Of a DNA stretch of 42,428 nt, positions 16,387-26,282 are shown piece after piece. Made by a program: the position numbers and the translations under genes. Numbering within the stretch: the stretch's first letter is position 1; the number at the start of each line of letters is the position of its first letter. The notes below the pieces were generated by a model. It was not told the origin of the DNA. It made no database searches and saw only the letters and a program-made list of their open reading frames with translations. Source of the DNA: Candidatus Krumholzibacteriia bacterium (GTDB taxonomy: Bacteria > Krumholzibacteriota > Krumholzibacteriia > WVZY01); assembly GCA_036478295.1 (NCBI GenBank), contig JAZGDW010000017.1, forward strand, positions 1 through 42,428, written 5' to 3'.

Positions 16387-16534
16387 GCAAGGGTTGACGG
16401 CCGCGCGTGTTGGGACTATCGTCTAGTCCGTTCCCCACTTGTTTGACCTCGCGCAAACCGGCAAGACAACGGAGAAACGATGCGGTTTCGAATCACGCGG
16501 TTCACGACCAAGGAAATGTCAAAGGAATGATATC

Positions 16535-17443
16535 GTGACGCCGCATGGAACGCCCATCGAGCGATCCCGCAGACTGTGGATGATGGTGCGTAACGCGTTC
16601 AACGGTCTGGCACGGGCCGTACAGCGCGCCTGGGACGGTTTCTTCGACCGCCGCGTGCCGATGATGGCGGCGGGACTGGCTTTTTATTTTCTGCTGGGCC
16701 TCATTCCGTTTCTTTTTATTATCGCCGCCACCACTGGTTATTTCCTGAAAAACAACCCGGGCATCTATCAGCAGGTCAGTGTCACGGTACTCGAGCTGCT
16801 GCCGCCGGGCATCGGGGAAAAAATTCTCTCACAGATACAGGGTGCGGCGACGAACTGGCAAGGTTTCGGGGCGCTGGGCCTGGTCACGATGGTTCTCGTG
16901 GCGATGGGGTTGTTCGACGCACTCGATGAAGGGATCAACGCGGTTATGGGAACCAAGAAGAAAGTCGGTTTTCTCACCGGCCGCGTCATCTCGTTCGCGT
17001 ATGTCGTGGGGGCGATCACGTTTTTTTCGGTCGCTGCGGCGGCCGGTTACACTCTGGACCTGTTCGGCGAGCTGCCCTTCTTTCAGGAGCACCCCGCGCT
17101 CGTGTCGTTTTTTGGCCGGTACTTCTCAGAGTGGGTGTTCGCCGTGTTCCTCCTGGTGCTCTACCTGACCCTGCCGGTGAAGACGCCACGGTTTTTTCAT
17201 GCGGTGGTCATCGCGCTCGCGGTAACCGGCGCGTGGGCGGGCCTGCAGAAGCTCGGCACCTTCATCACCGCCGGCATCGTCAGGCGTCAGGCAATCTACG
17301 GCGCGCTGGCCGGTGCGGCGGTCTTTCTGACCTGGATGTACGTGCTCGCGCTCCTCATCCTGCTCGGCGCCAGGATCCTCGACTTCTGGCACCGGACGGC
17401 CGAGGTGGCACAGCCTGAAGCTGGCAAGAAACAACACATCTAA
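16535..17443 (+). CDS. YihY/virulence factor BrkB family membrane protein
   Basis: MAAGLAFYFLLGLIPFL and IYGALAG...WMY...LLGA. Start uncertain: GTG 16535 with AAGGA, or ATG 16580. Confidence 0.88.
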   Translation: MTPHGTPIERSRRLWMMVRNAFNGLARAVQRAWDGFFDRRVPMMAAGLAFYFLLGLIPFLFIIAATTGYFLKNNPGIYQQVSVTVLELLPPGIGEKILSQIQGAATNWQGFGALGLVTMVLVAMGLFDALDEGINAVMGTKKKVGFLTGRVISFAYVVGAITFFSVAAAAGYTLDLFGELPFFQEHPALVSFFGRYFSEWVFAVFLLVLYLTLPVKTPRFFHAVVIALAVTGAWAGLQKLGTFITAGIVRRQAIYGALAGAAVFLTWMYVLALLILLGARILDFWHRTAEVAQPEAGKKQHI

Positions 17444-17494
17444 TTATCGTACTGACAATGAATTACACTATCATACCAGGGTGCGAGCAGAACG

Positions 17495-17544
17495 TGACCT
17501 ATATCAGTTTTCCCTTACCAGGCTGGCGGTCGATGCGGTATAAT
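17495..17544 (+). promoter_or_regulatory. Crp/Fnr-like box (TGA-N6-TCA) and TATAAT -10 element upstream of the Crp/Fnr gene
   Basis: aacgTGAcctataTCAgttt at 17491-17510; TATAAT at 17539-17544. Confidence 0.45.
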
Positions 17545-17566
17545 GAGAGGGAAAGTGGGTATTGCC

Positions 17567-18280
17567 ATGACAGAATCATCTGAACGGCTCTATTGTAACG
17601 CCTGCGAGATGCGGCTGAATTCGGCGCTGAAAGACGTCGATACGGCGAGTCTCGAGGCGATCGACACCACCAAGGCCTGTAACGCTTTCAAGAAGGGCCA
17701 CGTTATTTTCGAGGAGGGTTCCGCGCCCAAGGGAATCTTCTGTATCCACGACGGCAAGGTCAAGGTCTACAAGACCGGAGACGAAGGGCGTGACCAGATC
17801 GTGCGATTCGCCAAGGCCGGCGACATCCTGGGCTACCGGTCGCTGGTCAGCGGCGAGCCGTATTCGGTGTCTGCGGCCGCGCTCGAGGACTGCGTCGTCT
17901 GTTTCATTCCCCAGGCTACTTTCTTTGAGGTGCTCAAATCGGACGAGCATTTTCCGATGACGGTCATCCGCCTGTTGTCCGGAGAACTGCAGCGGGCACA
18001 GAAGCAGATCGTCAATCTCGCACAAAAGCCGGTTCGCGAACGTCTGGCCGAGACCCTTCTGATTCTCCGGGAGGTCTACGGCACGGATGACGGCGACTCC
18101 GCCGCTCTGGCCGTCAAGTTGTCCCGCGACGAGCTTGCGAGCGTCGTCGGCACCGCGACCGAGACCCTGGTGCGCACCATCGCCGATCTCAAACGTGAGA
18201 ACCTTATCGCGACCGACAAGAAGAAGATCCGCATTCTGGACCTCGAGGGGCTGATTCACGCCGGAAACCTCCAGGACTGA
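17567..18280 (+). CDS. Crp/Fnr family transcriptional regulator with N-terminal CxxC
   Basis: cNMP-type domain (FKKGHVIFEEG...GKVKVYK...GDILG) and HTH LSRDELASVVGTATETLVR; CNAC near the N-terminus. Confidence 0.93.
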   Translation: MTESSERLYCNACEMRLNSALKDVDTASLEAIDTTKACNAFKKGHVIFEEGSAPKGIFCIHDGKVKVYKTGDEGRDQIVRFAKAGDILGYRSLVSGEPYSVSAAALEDCVVCFIPQATFFEVLKSDEHFPMTVIRLLSGELQRAQKQIVNLAQKPVRERLAETLLILREVYGTDDGDSAALAVKLSRDELASVVGTATETLVRTIADLKRENLIATDKKKIRILDLEGLIHAGNLQD

Positions 18281-18338
18281 TACTGCTCTCACCGCCAACC
18301 CCGTAGAGGCTGAGAAACTGCGCTGAGAAACCAGTTCC

Positions 18339-19118
18339 ATGCAAACGAAACCTTTTGACAACGTAAAAGGGATCCTTTTCGACATGGACGGCGTGGTCCA
18401 CGTGGGCAATTCCCCGGTGCCCGGCGCGGCGGACACGCTGAAGTACCTGGACTCAAAGGGTATCCCGTACCGATTACTGACCAACACCACGACCCTCCCG
18501 CCTGAGAAGCTGTGGCGCAAGATGGTCAATATGGGTCTTCCCGTCACATCGGACGTTATCGTCACTGTCCACCAGGCCGCTGTCGCCTATCTTCGCCGGA
18601 ATCCCAATGGTAAATGCTATTTGCTAGTGGACGACGACGTCCTGCCGGTGTATAAAGGGCTGCCCCAGTCGGAATCGCACCCCGATTACATCGTGATTGG
18701 AGATATCGGCAATCGCTGGAGTTACACACTGCTGAACGAAATTTTCAACCTGGTCATGGATGGCGCAGAGATGGTAGCGCTTCACAAAGGCCGCTTCTGG
18801 CAGACCGAACGGGGCCTGCGGATGGATATCGGCGCGTTCGTCTCCGGACTCGAATACACTACCGGCAAGCAGGCTACGGTCATCGGCAAGCCGTCACCGA
18901 CTTTTTTTGAGACCGCCCTGAAAGATCTTGGACTCGACAAGAAAGAGGTCATCATGGTCGGTGATGATATCGAGACTGACATCGGCGGCGCGCAGCGCGT
19001 GGGTATCGCCGGGGTGCTGGTAAAGACAGGCAAGTACCGGCAGGAAGACGTGGAGCGTTCCTCCGTGGTGCCCGACGCGGTGCTTTCTTCCGTCGCGGAA
19101 CTCAAAGACCTTCTATGA
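18339..19118 (+). CDS. HAD subfamily IIA hydrolase (LHPP/HDHD2-like)
   Basis: FDMDGV, LTNTT, IGKPSPTFF, MVGDDIETDIGGAQ, LVKTGKYR. Confidence 0.92.
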   Translation: MQTKPFDNVKGILFDMDGVVHVGNSPVPGAADTLKYLDSKGIPYRLLTNTTTLPPEKLWRKMVNMGLPVTSDVIVTVHQAAVAYLRRNPNGKCYLLVDDDVLPVYKGLPQSESHPDYIVIGDIGNRWSYTLLNEIFNLVMDGAEMVALHKGRFWQTERGLRMDIGAFVSGLEYTTGKQATVIGKPSPTFFETALKDLGLDKKEVIMVGDDIETDIGGAQRVGIAGVLVKTGKYRQEDVERSSVVPDAVLSSVAELKDLL

Positions 19119-19139
19119 CAGCAAGGGGATAAGCGGAGC

Positions 19140-21578
19140 ATGAAAAAGAGACTTCTCGTCATCGGGATCACACTGGCCGTGCTCACCGGCGGGGTCGTGA
19201 TTCTACTCTTGAATCTCGAGGGACTGGTCAACCGCAACAAGGATTTCCTGATCGGCCGTGCGGAAGGCGTTCTGGGGCGCACCATAACCGTCGAGAAGAT
19301 TGGCGTTACGCTGCGCGGCGGCATCGGCGTTCGTCTGGAGAACTTCGCGGTGGCAGACGACCCCGGTTTTTCTTCAGAGCCGTTTCTCCGCGCCGCGGAA
19401 CTGCAGGTGAATGCAAAACTGCTGCCGTTGCTGAGAAAGGAGTTCGAGGTCAAACGGGTTACCCTGCGTGATCCCGTGATCCGGATTATCCGCAACCGGG
19501 AAGGCCAGCTCAATGTAAACGCGTTTGCCCCGGGAGGCGGTGGCGGCCCGCAGAGTCCGCCCGCATCCACCGACCCGCAATCCGCTTCGCCCGCCGCCTT
19601 CGTGATCTCTTTGGTCAACCTCGACGGCGGCGAGCTGGTCTATCTCGACCAGGCGCAGGGACTCGAGCTGCGGATCACCGACATGAACTCGAAGGTGCAG
19701 GACATCGACCTCACCAACCCCATATCGCTCGAGCTGGAGGCCGCGCTTTTCTCCGAAAAGAAAAACCTGACCCTGCGGGCGACCTTTGGACCCATCGGCG
19801 AGAATCCGCAGAACATGCACGTAGAGGCAACGGCCACACTGGGCCCGGTCGACTTCGGTGCGGCCGCTGCCGCGCTGCCGCAACTCGGCGGGGCGCTGCC
19901 CCAGGGTTTCGAGATAAGCGGCCCGGTCAAGCTGACAGCTGCGGTTGAGGGCTCCCTGCCCGACCTGGGGATCACGCTCGACGTCGATGCCACCGGCGCG
20001 ACAATTCGGGGCGCAGACGGATTTCACAAGAGTGACGGCGTGCCGCTCAGCCTGCGGGGCACCCTGCAAGCCGACGCGGGCAAGTACCTGATCAGCGACC
20101 TGGAGGTGTTGTTTCATACCTTGAAGGTTTCCGGAAACGGCGAGTTCGTGCCGGGCAAGATCCCGTCGCTCGTGCTGACCGCCGCTTCCGAACCCACCAG
20201 CCTCGACGGGTGGGCCGCCGTGTTCCCGGCCATGGAACCGTACCAGCTGGCCGGGCGTATCCAGTTCCACGTGCAGGTCAAGGGACCGATCTCAGACGGC
20301 AAGCTCCCCACCGTGGGCGGCACGGCGACGCTGCGAGGCGGGTCGGCACGACTCCCGCAGCAGCCGAAACCGCTGCAGGACATCCGCGCCGACATCACTT
20401 TCACCGACCGCGAAGCGGAGATCAAAAATGTCTCCTTGAAAATCGGAGATTCCCGCATCGATGGCGAAGCGACCGTCGTCCGCTTCAACCCGCTGACTGT
20501 GGATTACCGGGCCAACTCGGCGGCGCTGGCGCTGGTCGACGTGAAGCTGCCCAACCCGGCCGCGAAGAAACCGGAAGTCATGAACAACGTCGTCGTGCAG
20601 GGGCGCATGCGCGTGAGTAAGGACAAGACACCCGTCAACCGCGGCAAGATATCCACCGGCTCGGGCTCGGTGGCCAACTTCGACTACCGGGACCTGTCGG
20701 GTAAGTACTCCATCGAAGGCAACGTGATCGATCTCACCGACATCCAGGCCAAGACACTGGATGGCTCGCTGACCGGATCCGGCCGGGTCGTGATGGACAA
20801 GACCTCCCCGTCGTTCAGTTTTGAATCCAAGGCCCGCAATCTGAACCTCTTGCAGGTGTTCGAGGCGCTGCCCGGCGTGGCGCGCAAGCACGTGAGAGGC
20901 AAAGCCAATTTCGATCTGAAAATATCCGGAAACGGCAAGGACTGGAACAGCATTCAAAAGACCGTCGCCGGTGACGGGGTGGCCGAGTTCTTCGCGGGTG
21001 AGATTATCGGCACCAACATGTTCAGCAACATAGTCGATCAACTGGCGGCGATTACCGGCCGTTCCGACTGGGTGTCGCAGAACGTGCGCGACAAGTACCC
21101 GAAAGTTTTCAAGAGCGCCGACACGGCGTTCAAGGAATTCAAGAGTACGTTTGTCATCGAAGGGGGCAAGCTCAAGGCGCGAAATGTCACGCTGGACGCC
21201 GGCGATTACGCGATGCTGGGCAAGGGGGAGTTGGACTTGAGCGGCGGGCTGAATCTCGCCGTGACCCTGACCGTATCCCAGGGACTGAGCGCGGACCTGG
21301 TCAGCGGTTTCAGCGCCGCCTCCCTCCTCCGCAACGACCAGGGCCAGATCGAGATACCCTTTCTCCTGACCGGCAGGCTTCCCGACGTGAAGGCCAAGCC
21401 CCGTCCCGACTTCGTCCAGAGCGTGCTCGAGAAGGCGCTGCTCAACAAGGGCCTCGACCTTTTCGGAAAAGACAGATCGAACCTCGAGGACCTGAAGAAG
21501 GACGGCCTCAAGAAGCTGCTGGATTTCGGCAAGAAGAAAAAACCTGCCGCACCCGCCGATACGACATCTGCACCTTAG
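19140..21578 (+). CDS. AsmA family protein
   Basis: N-terminal TM anchor, LGRTITV...V..LPLL...EVKRVTL.DPVI.IIRN.EG.LN, beta-strand repeats, AsmA-like C-terminus IPFLLTG.LP. Confidence 0.88.
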   Translation: MKKRLLVIGITLAVLTGGVVILLLNLEGLVNRNKDFLIGRAEGVLGRTITVEKIGVTLRGGIGVRLENFAVADDPGFSSEPFLRAAELQVNAKLLPLLRKEFEVKRVTLRDPVIRIIRNREGQLNVNAFAPGGGGGPQSPPASTDPQSASPAAFVISLVNLDGGELVYLDQAQGLELRITDMNSKVQDIDLTNPISLELEAALFSEKKNLTLRATFGPIGENPQNMHVEATATLGPVDFGAAAAALPQLGGALPQGFEISGPVKLTAAVEGSLPDLGITLDVDATGATIRGADGFHKSDGVPLSLRGTLQADAGKYLISDLEVLFHTLKVSGNGEFVPGKIPSLVLTAASEPTSLDGWAAVFPAMEPYQLAGRIQFHVQVKGPISDGKLPTVGGTATLRGGSARLPQQPKPLQDIRADITFTDREAEIKNVSLKIGDSRIDGEATVVRFNPLTVDYRANSAALALVDVKLPNPAAKKPEVMNNVVVQGRMRVSKDKTPVNRGKISTGSGSVANFDYRDLSGKYSIEGNVIDLTDIQAKTLDGSLTGSGRVVMDKTSPSFSFESKARNLNLLQVFEALPGVARKHVRGKANFDLKISGNGKDWNSIQKTVAGDGVAEFFAGEIIGTNMFSNIVDQLAAITGRSDWVSQNVRDKYPKVFKSADTAFKEFKSTFVIEGGKLKARNVTLDAGDYAMLGKGELDLSGGLNLAVTLTVSQGLSADLVSGFSAASLLRNDQGQIEIPFLLTGRLPDVKAKPRPDFVQSVLEKALLNKGLDLFGKDRSNLEDLKKDGLKKLLDFGKKKKPAAPADTTSAP

Positions 21579-21647
21579 CCGGGATTTTCACCGAAGACGT
21601 TTAGAACGGCCACAAGCGCCGGTGGCCTGCAGCGCGGTCCATCCTCC

Positions 21648-21676
21648 TTGACCTGCAACGGGCATTCCAGTATTTT
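21648..21676 (+). promoter_or_regulatory. Possible sigma-70 promoter of the flippase-sulfotransferase-DCC1 unit
   Basis: TTGACC-17 nt-TATTTT. Confidence 0.4.
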
Positions 21677-21727
21677 CTCCGTTGAATTGTAGAGACTTAC
21701 CCGTTCTCCAACTGCCCTGATCCGATC

Positions 21728-23281
21728 GTGCCACCGCCCAACGACTCCGACCACGGACCCGAGCGTTACCTCAAGGTCGACCACCTCACCGGTGACCTTC
21801 GCGGGCGCTCTGTCCGCGGCGGTGCCTTGACCATCGGAAACCAGGGCGCCAAGTTCATCCTCACCCTGGTCTCCATCGCCGTCCTGGCCCGCGTCCTGAC
21901 ACCCGAAGATTTCGGTCTCATCGCCATGGTCATGGCAATCATTGGTTTCATCGCGACGTTCAAGGATATGGGACTGGCGATGGCCACGGTGCAGCGCCAC
22001 GACATCACCCACGCCCAGGTCAGCACCCTGTTCTGGATCAATCTCGGTGCGAGCCTGCTCATCATGGCGGCCACCGCCGCGGCTGCACCGCTCTTCGCCT
22101 GGCTCTACGACGAGCCGCGTGTCCGGGCGATTACCGTCGCCCTCGCCGCCACCGTCATCTTCAGCGGTCTTATCGTACAGCACCAGGCGCTCTTGCGGCG
22201 GCAAATGAGGTTCGGCGCCATCGCGGTCATCGAGATAACGGCGATGACGATCGGACTCATGACCGCCGTCTTGTGCGCTCTCTCAGGCCTGGGCTACTGG
22301 TCGCTCGTTCTGATGCCGATTGTCAAAGAAATTGTCACCGCCGCCGGTGTGTGGATTGCGTGCGGGTGGCGGCCCGGCAGGCCGGCGAGGCGTTCCGGCG
22401 TGCGGGTGCTTTTGTCGTTCGGTGTGCACCTGACGGGATTCAACCTCCTCAACTATTTTGCGCGCAATCTGGACAAGGTACTCATCGGCCGCTACTACGG
22501 CGCCAGCCCGGCGGGACTCTACAGCAAGGCGTATCAGCTGGTACTCCTTCCCATTCAGCAGATAGGTGTACCGCTAACGGCCGTCGCCGTTCCAACCTTG
22601 AGCCGGCTGCAGAACCAGATGGAACGGTTCCGCGCCTACTACCGGCGCGGGGTGCTGCTGGCGGTTACGGCGGGGATGCCCATCATTGCGTTCCTGTTCG
22701 TGGATGCGAACCGGGCGGTGCTGACGGTCCTCGGCGACCAGTGGCTGGAGTCGGTGGCCATATTCCGCGTGCTGGCACCGGCGGCGTTCTTCGGTACGTT
22801 CAACGTCGCCACCGGCTGGGTCTACATCGCGTTGGGCCAGACGCGACGCCAGTTCTCGTGGGGAATTTTCTCCTCGGCCTTTACCATCACGGCGTTCGCG
22901 CTGGGTCTTCGCTGGGGTTCTATCGGGGTGGGGGCTGCGTTCAGCTGCGCCGTAGTGATACTGCGCTTGCCTGCGATCGTTTACTGTTTTCGGCACACGC
23001 CGCTCGGCCTCTCCGACTTCTTCGCCGCCGTATGGCGGCCGTTCATCGCCTCCATCGCCGCGGGCGCGGCGCTCTACACGGTCAGTCTTGGGTTCAACCC
23101 GCCGCTCGCGGTGGCGGCGCGTCTCGTCCTCGACTTCGTGCTCTATCTGGTATTCTATGCCTTGATATGGATCGGGCTTCCCCGCGGACGCCGTTCGGTC
23201 CGCGACCTCGTAGACCTCGCACGCGACCTGCGGCCGGCAAGGCCGGCGGTCGCCGACGAAACCCCGGAGCCGTTGCACTAG
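21728..23281 (+). CDS. Wzx-type polysaccharide flippase (WzxC-like)
   Basis: LARVLTPEDFGLIAM, STLFWIN, ALLRRQMRF, NLDKVLIGRYYG...GLYSKAY, VLGDQW. Confidence 0.92.
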   Translation: MPPPNDSDHGPERYLKVDHLTGDLRGRSVRGGALTIGNQGAKFILTLVSIAVLARVLTPEDFGLIAMVMAIIGFIATFKDMGLAMATVQRHDITHAQVSTLFWINLGASLLIMAATAAAAPLFAWLYDEPRVRAITVALAATVIFSGLIVQHQALLRRQMRFGAIAVIEITAMTIGLMTAVLCALSGLGYWSLVLMPIVKEIVTAAGVWIACGWRPGRPARRSGVRVLLSFGVHLTGFNLLNYFARNLDKVLIGRYYGASPAGLYSKAYQLVLLPIQQIGVPLTAVAVPTLSRLQNQMERFRAYYRRGVLLAVTAGMPIIAFLFVDANRAVLTVLGDQWLESVAIFRVLAPAAFFGTFNVATGWVYIALGQTRRQFSWGIFSSAFTITAFALGLRWGSIGVGAAFSCAVVILRLPAIVYCFRHTPLGLSDFFAAVWRPFIASIAAGAALYTVSLGFNPPLAVAARLVLDFVLYLVFYALIWIGLPRGRRSVRDLVDLARDLRPARPAVADETPEPLH

Positions 23282-23282
23282 C

Positions 23283-24122
23283 ATGGCCAATTCCACGCAT
23301 CGAACCGTCAAGTCGCTGGCGAGCGGCGTTCATGCCGCGCTCACGCGGCTCAAGACCTCGGTGCAAACACTCGGCGCGACGGTCCACCCCAATCCGCTCC
23401 TGATGCTCGGCAACCAGAAATCGGGCACGACGGCAATCGCCGCGCTGCTGTCCGAAATGACCGCCATCCCCGCCACGCTCGATCTGCAAAAAGAGATGAA
23501 GGATCCCGCTATCGACCGTGTGAAATCCGGGGCGATGTCGTTCGATGATTTCGTGCGCCGTAACAAACTCGATTTTTCGCGACCGATCATAAAGGAACCC
23601 AGCCTCACGCTTTTCTACGACGAGTTGGCCGCGTACTTTCCCCGCTCACGGTTCGTCATGGTCATTCGCGATCCGAGAGATAACATTCGCAGCATCCTCA
23701 ACCGCATCGATATGCCAGGCAATCTCGAGGCCATGGACCCCGCCCGGCTCGCGGGGCTGACCCGCGCCTGGCAGCTGATACTGGATAACCGCTGGCTGGG
23801 TCTCGAAGGCGAGCATTATATCGACATGCTTGCTCACCGCTGGAACTACACGACCGATCTCTACCTGCGGCACCGGCAGCGCAGTCTGCTCGTTCGCTAC
23901 GAAACCTTCCTGCAGGACAAGGCCGGCGAGATCGCGCGTCTCGCAGGGGCGCTTGCAATGCCCGTGCTCCACGATATCTCGCACCGGGTCGACGTCCAGT
24001 TCCAACCGGCGGGCGACCGCAACGTACGCTGGGTGGATTTCTACGGCCAGGACCATCTCACCCGCATCGAGTCCATCTGCGGGGACCGCATGGCGGAGTT
24101 CGGTTATGCCCCCACGGCGTAA
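23283..24122 (+). CDS. Sulfotransferase (PAPS-dependent)
   Basis: 5'-PSB GNQKSGTT, KEP, 3'-PB IRDPRDNIRS, VRYETF. Confidence 0.88.
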   Translation: MANSTHRTVKSLASGVHAALTRLKTSVQTLGATVHPNPLLMLGNQKSGTTAIAALLSEMTAIPATLDLQKEMKDPAIDRVKSGAMSFDDFVRRNKLDFSRPIIKEPSLTLFYDELAAYFPRSRFVMVIRDPRDNIRSILNRIDMPGNLEAMDPARLAGLTRAWQLILDNRWLGLEGEHYIDMLAHRWNYTTDLYLRHRQRSLLVRYETFLQDKAGEIARLAGALAMPVLHDISHRVDVQFQPAGDRNVRWVDFYGQDHLTRIESICGDRMAEFGYAPTA

Positions 24123-24543
24123 TAAACCCCCGCGCGATGACGTGCCCCCATCCCGCCCGCAGCCCGCGGGCGCCGAACCGCCGAAAAACGACGCACCGGT
24201 GATTCTCTACGACGGCAGGTGTGATTTCTGCATTGCACAGGCGCGCCGCCTGCGGACGATCGCGCGTGGCACGGTGCGCCTCCGCTCATTCCACGACGAG
24301 GGTGTGCTGGCCGATTACCCCGGGCTCAGCAAAGAGGCGTGCATGAAGGAAATAAAACTCGTGGAACCCGGTGGCAGGATTTGCGGCGGGGCCGAAGCGG
24401 TCGTGCGCGCGATTCGCTGGGGCAACCCCATCCTGGGGGTGTTCGTGTGGGTTTACTATGTGCCGGGCGTCCGCCACGCAGCCGATCGCGTCTATCGCTG
24501 GGTGGCAGAAAACCGCCACCGGCGCGTTGCGCGCGGCGGTTAG
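24106..24543 (+). CDS. DCC1-like/DUF393 thiol-disulfide oxidoreductase
   Basis: ILYDGRCDFC (DxxCxxC), GAEAV, YRWVAENR. Start reassigned to ATG 24106 (GGAG 7 nt upstream). Confidence 0.85.
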   Translation: MPPRRNKPPRDDVPPSRPQPAGAEPPKNDAPVILYDGRCDFCIAQARRLRTIARGTVRLRSFHDEGVLADYPGLSKEACMKEIKLVEPGGRICGGAEAVVRAIRWGNPILGVFVWVYYVPGVRHAADRVYRWVAENRHRRVARGG

Positions 24544-25904
24544 CGTTGCAGCCGTATGTGAAATGACATGGTGCCCGTCGCGGTTCTTCGCGCCATGTCC
24601 GTTGCGCTGTAACTGTTGATCAGGTTGTCTTGCCCGAGAAACGTCACGAACTGTTCGAAGTTCTCCAGCGCGGGCAGGTCGCGACCCGTTATATTATAGA
24701 GGTGGGTTCGATCGTTCCACGGGGGCGGGTTATCAATAAAAATAGAATCTCCCTGCACGTCCGCAAGCGGGTAAACGGCTTCGTAGGTAAATGTGTCGCA
24801 CAAGGTCGAGATGGACACCCCGCCGACCCACGTGCCTGCCCTGCCGAACGGCTCCAGAAACCCCGGATCACTCTGCCTCGGAAAGGTATAGAACCAGCCG
24901 GCGACACCTGAGCCGTCCTCTTTGGGGTGGTCGTGTCCGGTCGCCTTTATCAGGAACCGAAATGTCTTCCTCCTGAAGAGTTCGGCGCCGATGACAACAA
25001 AATCGCTGTCGACCGGTGACCACCAGTCCCACACGATGGTTTCCGTGTCGTTGATCCGGGTACCGTCGTGGTTCTCCAGCCAGTAACTATCCAGGGTGGG
25101 ATCGAAGTTGCCGACGATCGCAAAGGAGGGCGGCGACGGGTCGGGCCCGCTGATGTTGGTCGTCCGTACGTGGACGACGTACTCGACCGAGCCGATGTTC
25201 ATCGACGTCGAATTAACCGTGCTGAACGGGTTGTCGTCTGCGGGATCGAAGGGCAGCCATGGGGACGCAAAGAACTTCGCACCCGGCGGAAAAAAACGAG
25301 AATCCCGCTCGTAGCGCAGCTGGTAGTCGAAACACCAGTTCACGGGGTCCGGACAAAGCAGCGGACTGTAGCCGCTGCCCTCATAAGTCACGGTAATCCA
25401 GCTACCGTAGGGGACGGTGTCGGGGATGCCGTCTGTGAAATCAATCGCCTCCTGCTGCGGCTGGCCGCCGATCATGTAGGTGTTCATGATAGTGGTGATC
25501 TGCGTACCCGCGATAAGACCCAGGGCGACCCTGAGCGCCGGTGACCACTGGGACTGGACCTGGGGGTGTATTTTGCAGCGCGCCTGGGCGGCAACGTCGC
25601 GCAGTCCGACGCCGATCCAGACCACGGTTACCGTGTCCGCGTCGCCCCACGGTGTGAGACTCCCCAACCCGGCCTGGTCGAGATCGAAGCGGTACTCGAT
25701 GGGATGGGCGAGGTTACTGGCCGCGCCCCCACTCGCATAGGTGACCGTATCCCCGTCGAGCACGGCACTCGTTCCCTGGGGTATCACCGGGACGCTGACG
25801 ATCTCGTTCGATGGTGGCGGGGGAGGCGGCAGCACGACGTTGTCCTCGCCACATGCGCCGATCAATACGGCCACGAGTACCGCTGCGAGAAACAATCGTC
25901 TCAT
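24540..25904 (-). CDS. Hypothetical lipoprotein with beta-rich domains
   Basis: MRRLFLAAVLVAVLIGA-C lipobox, poly-Pro linker, GGGGAG RBS; no recognised catalytic motif. Confidence 0.8.
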   Translation of the reverse strand: MRRLFLAAVLVAVLIGACGEDNVVLPPPPPPSNEIVSVPVIPQGTSAVLDGDTVTYASGGAASNLAHPIEYRFDLDQAGLGSLTPWGDADTVTVVWIGVGLRDVAAQARCKIHPQVQSQWSPALRVALGLIAGTQITTIMNTYMIGGQPQQEAIDFTDGIPDTVPYGSWITVTYEGSGYSPLLCPDPVNWCFDYQLRYERDSRFFPPGAKFFASPWLPFDPADDNPFSTVNSTSMNIGSVEYVVHVRTTNISGPDPSPPSFAIVGNFDPTLDSYWLENHDGTRINDTETIVWDWWSPVDSDFVVIGAELFRRKTFRFLIKATGHDHPKEDGSGVAGWFYTFPRQSDPGFLEPFGRAGTWVGGVSISTLCDTFTYEAVYPLADVQGDSIFIDNPPPWNDRTHLYNITGRDLPALENFEQFVTFLGQDNLINSYSATDMARRTATGTMSFHIRLQR

Positions 25905-26149
25905 TCAACTCCCCCTTTTTTTTGCGCAACACCACCGGGCGCGGCACGATACCAGAAATCTTTCTTCGTGGGGACCAGCGTCGTGGGGACCGCGTGGCAA
26001 TTAGCGAAGATGGCGGAGAACGCCACCCGAGGGTTCGGGCACGCGGCAGGTCTCACCTGCAAAAAAGATGGCAGATCACGGGCAAAAGCGCAACCCAAAC
26101 CCGACGGGGATATGGAGTTGCGCCCGGTTCGCGTCGTTCGCAGCAAAGG

Positions 26150-26166
26150 TTGGCCGGGCGATTGCC
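26150..26166 (+). promoter_or_regulatory. Possible sigma-54 promoter upstream of the lon-like gene
   Basis: TTGGCCGGGCGATTGCC with GG-N10-GC spacing. Confidence 0.35.
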
Positions 26167-26282
26167 CGCGAGTACGCCGGCGTAAGGTTGTGCAATCCCG
26201 GCCTGACGAGCGCTGGTGGGGGTGAGCGGCCGAGATTGCATAATTCATTTAAAATAGGTATTTTAAAAGGCCTGGGAGTGAA

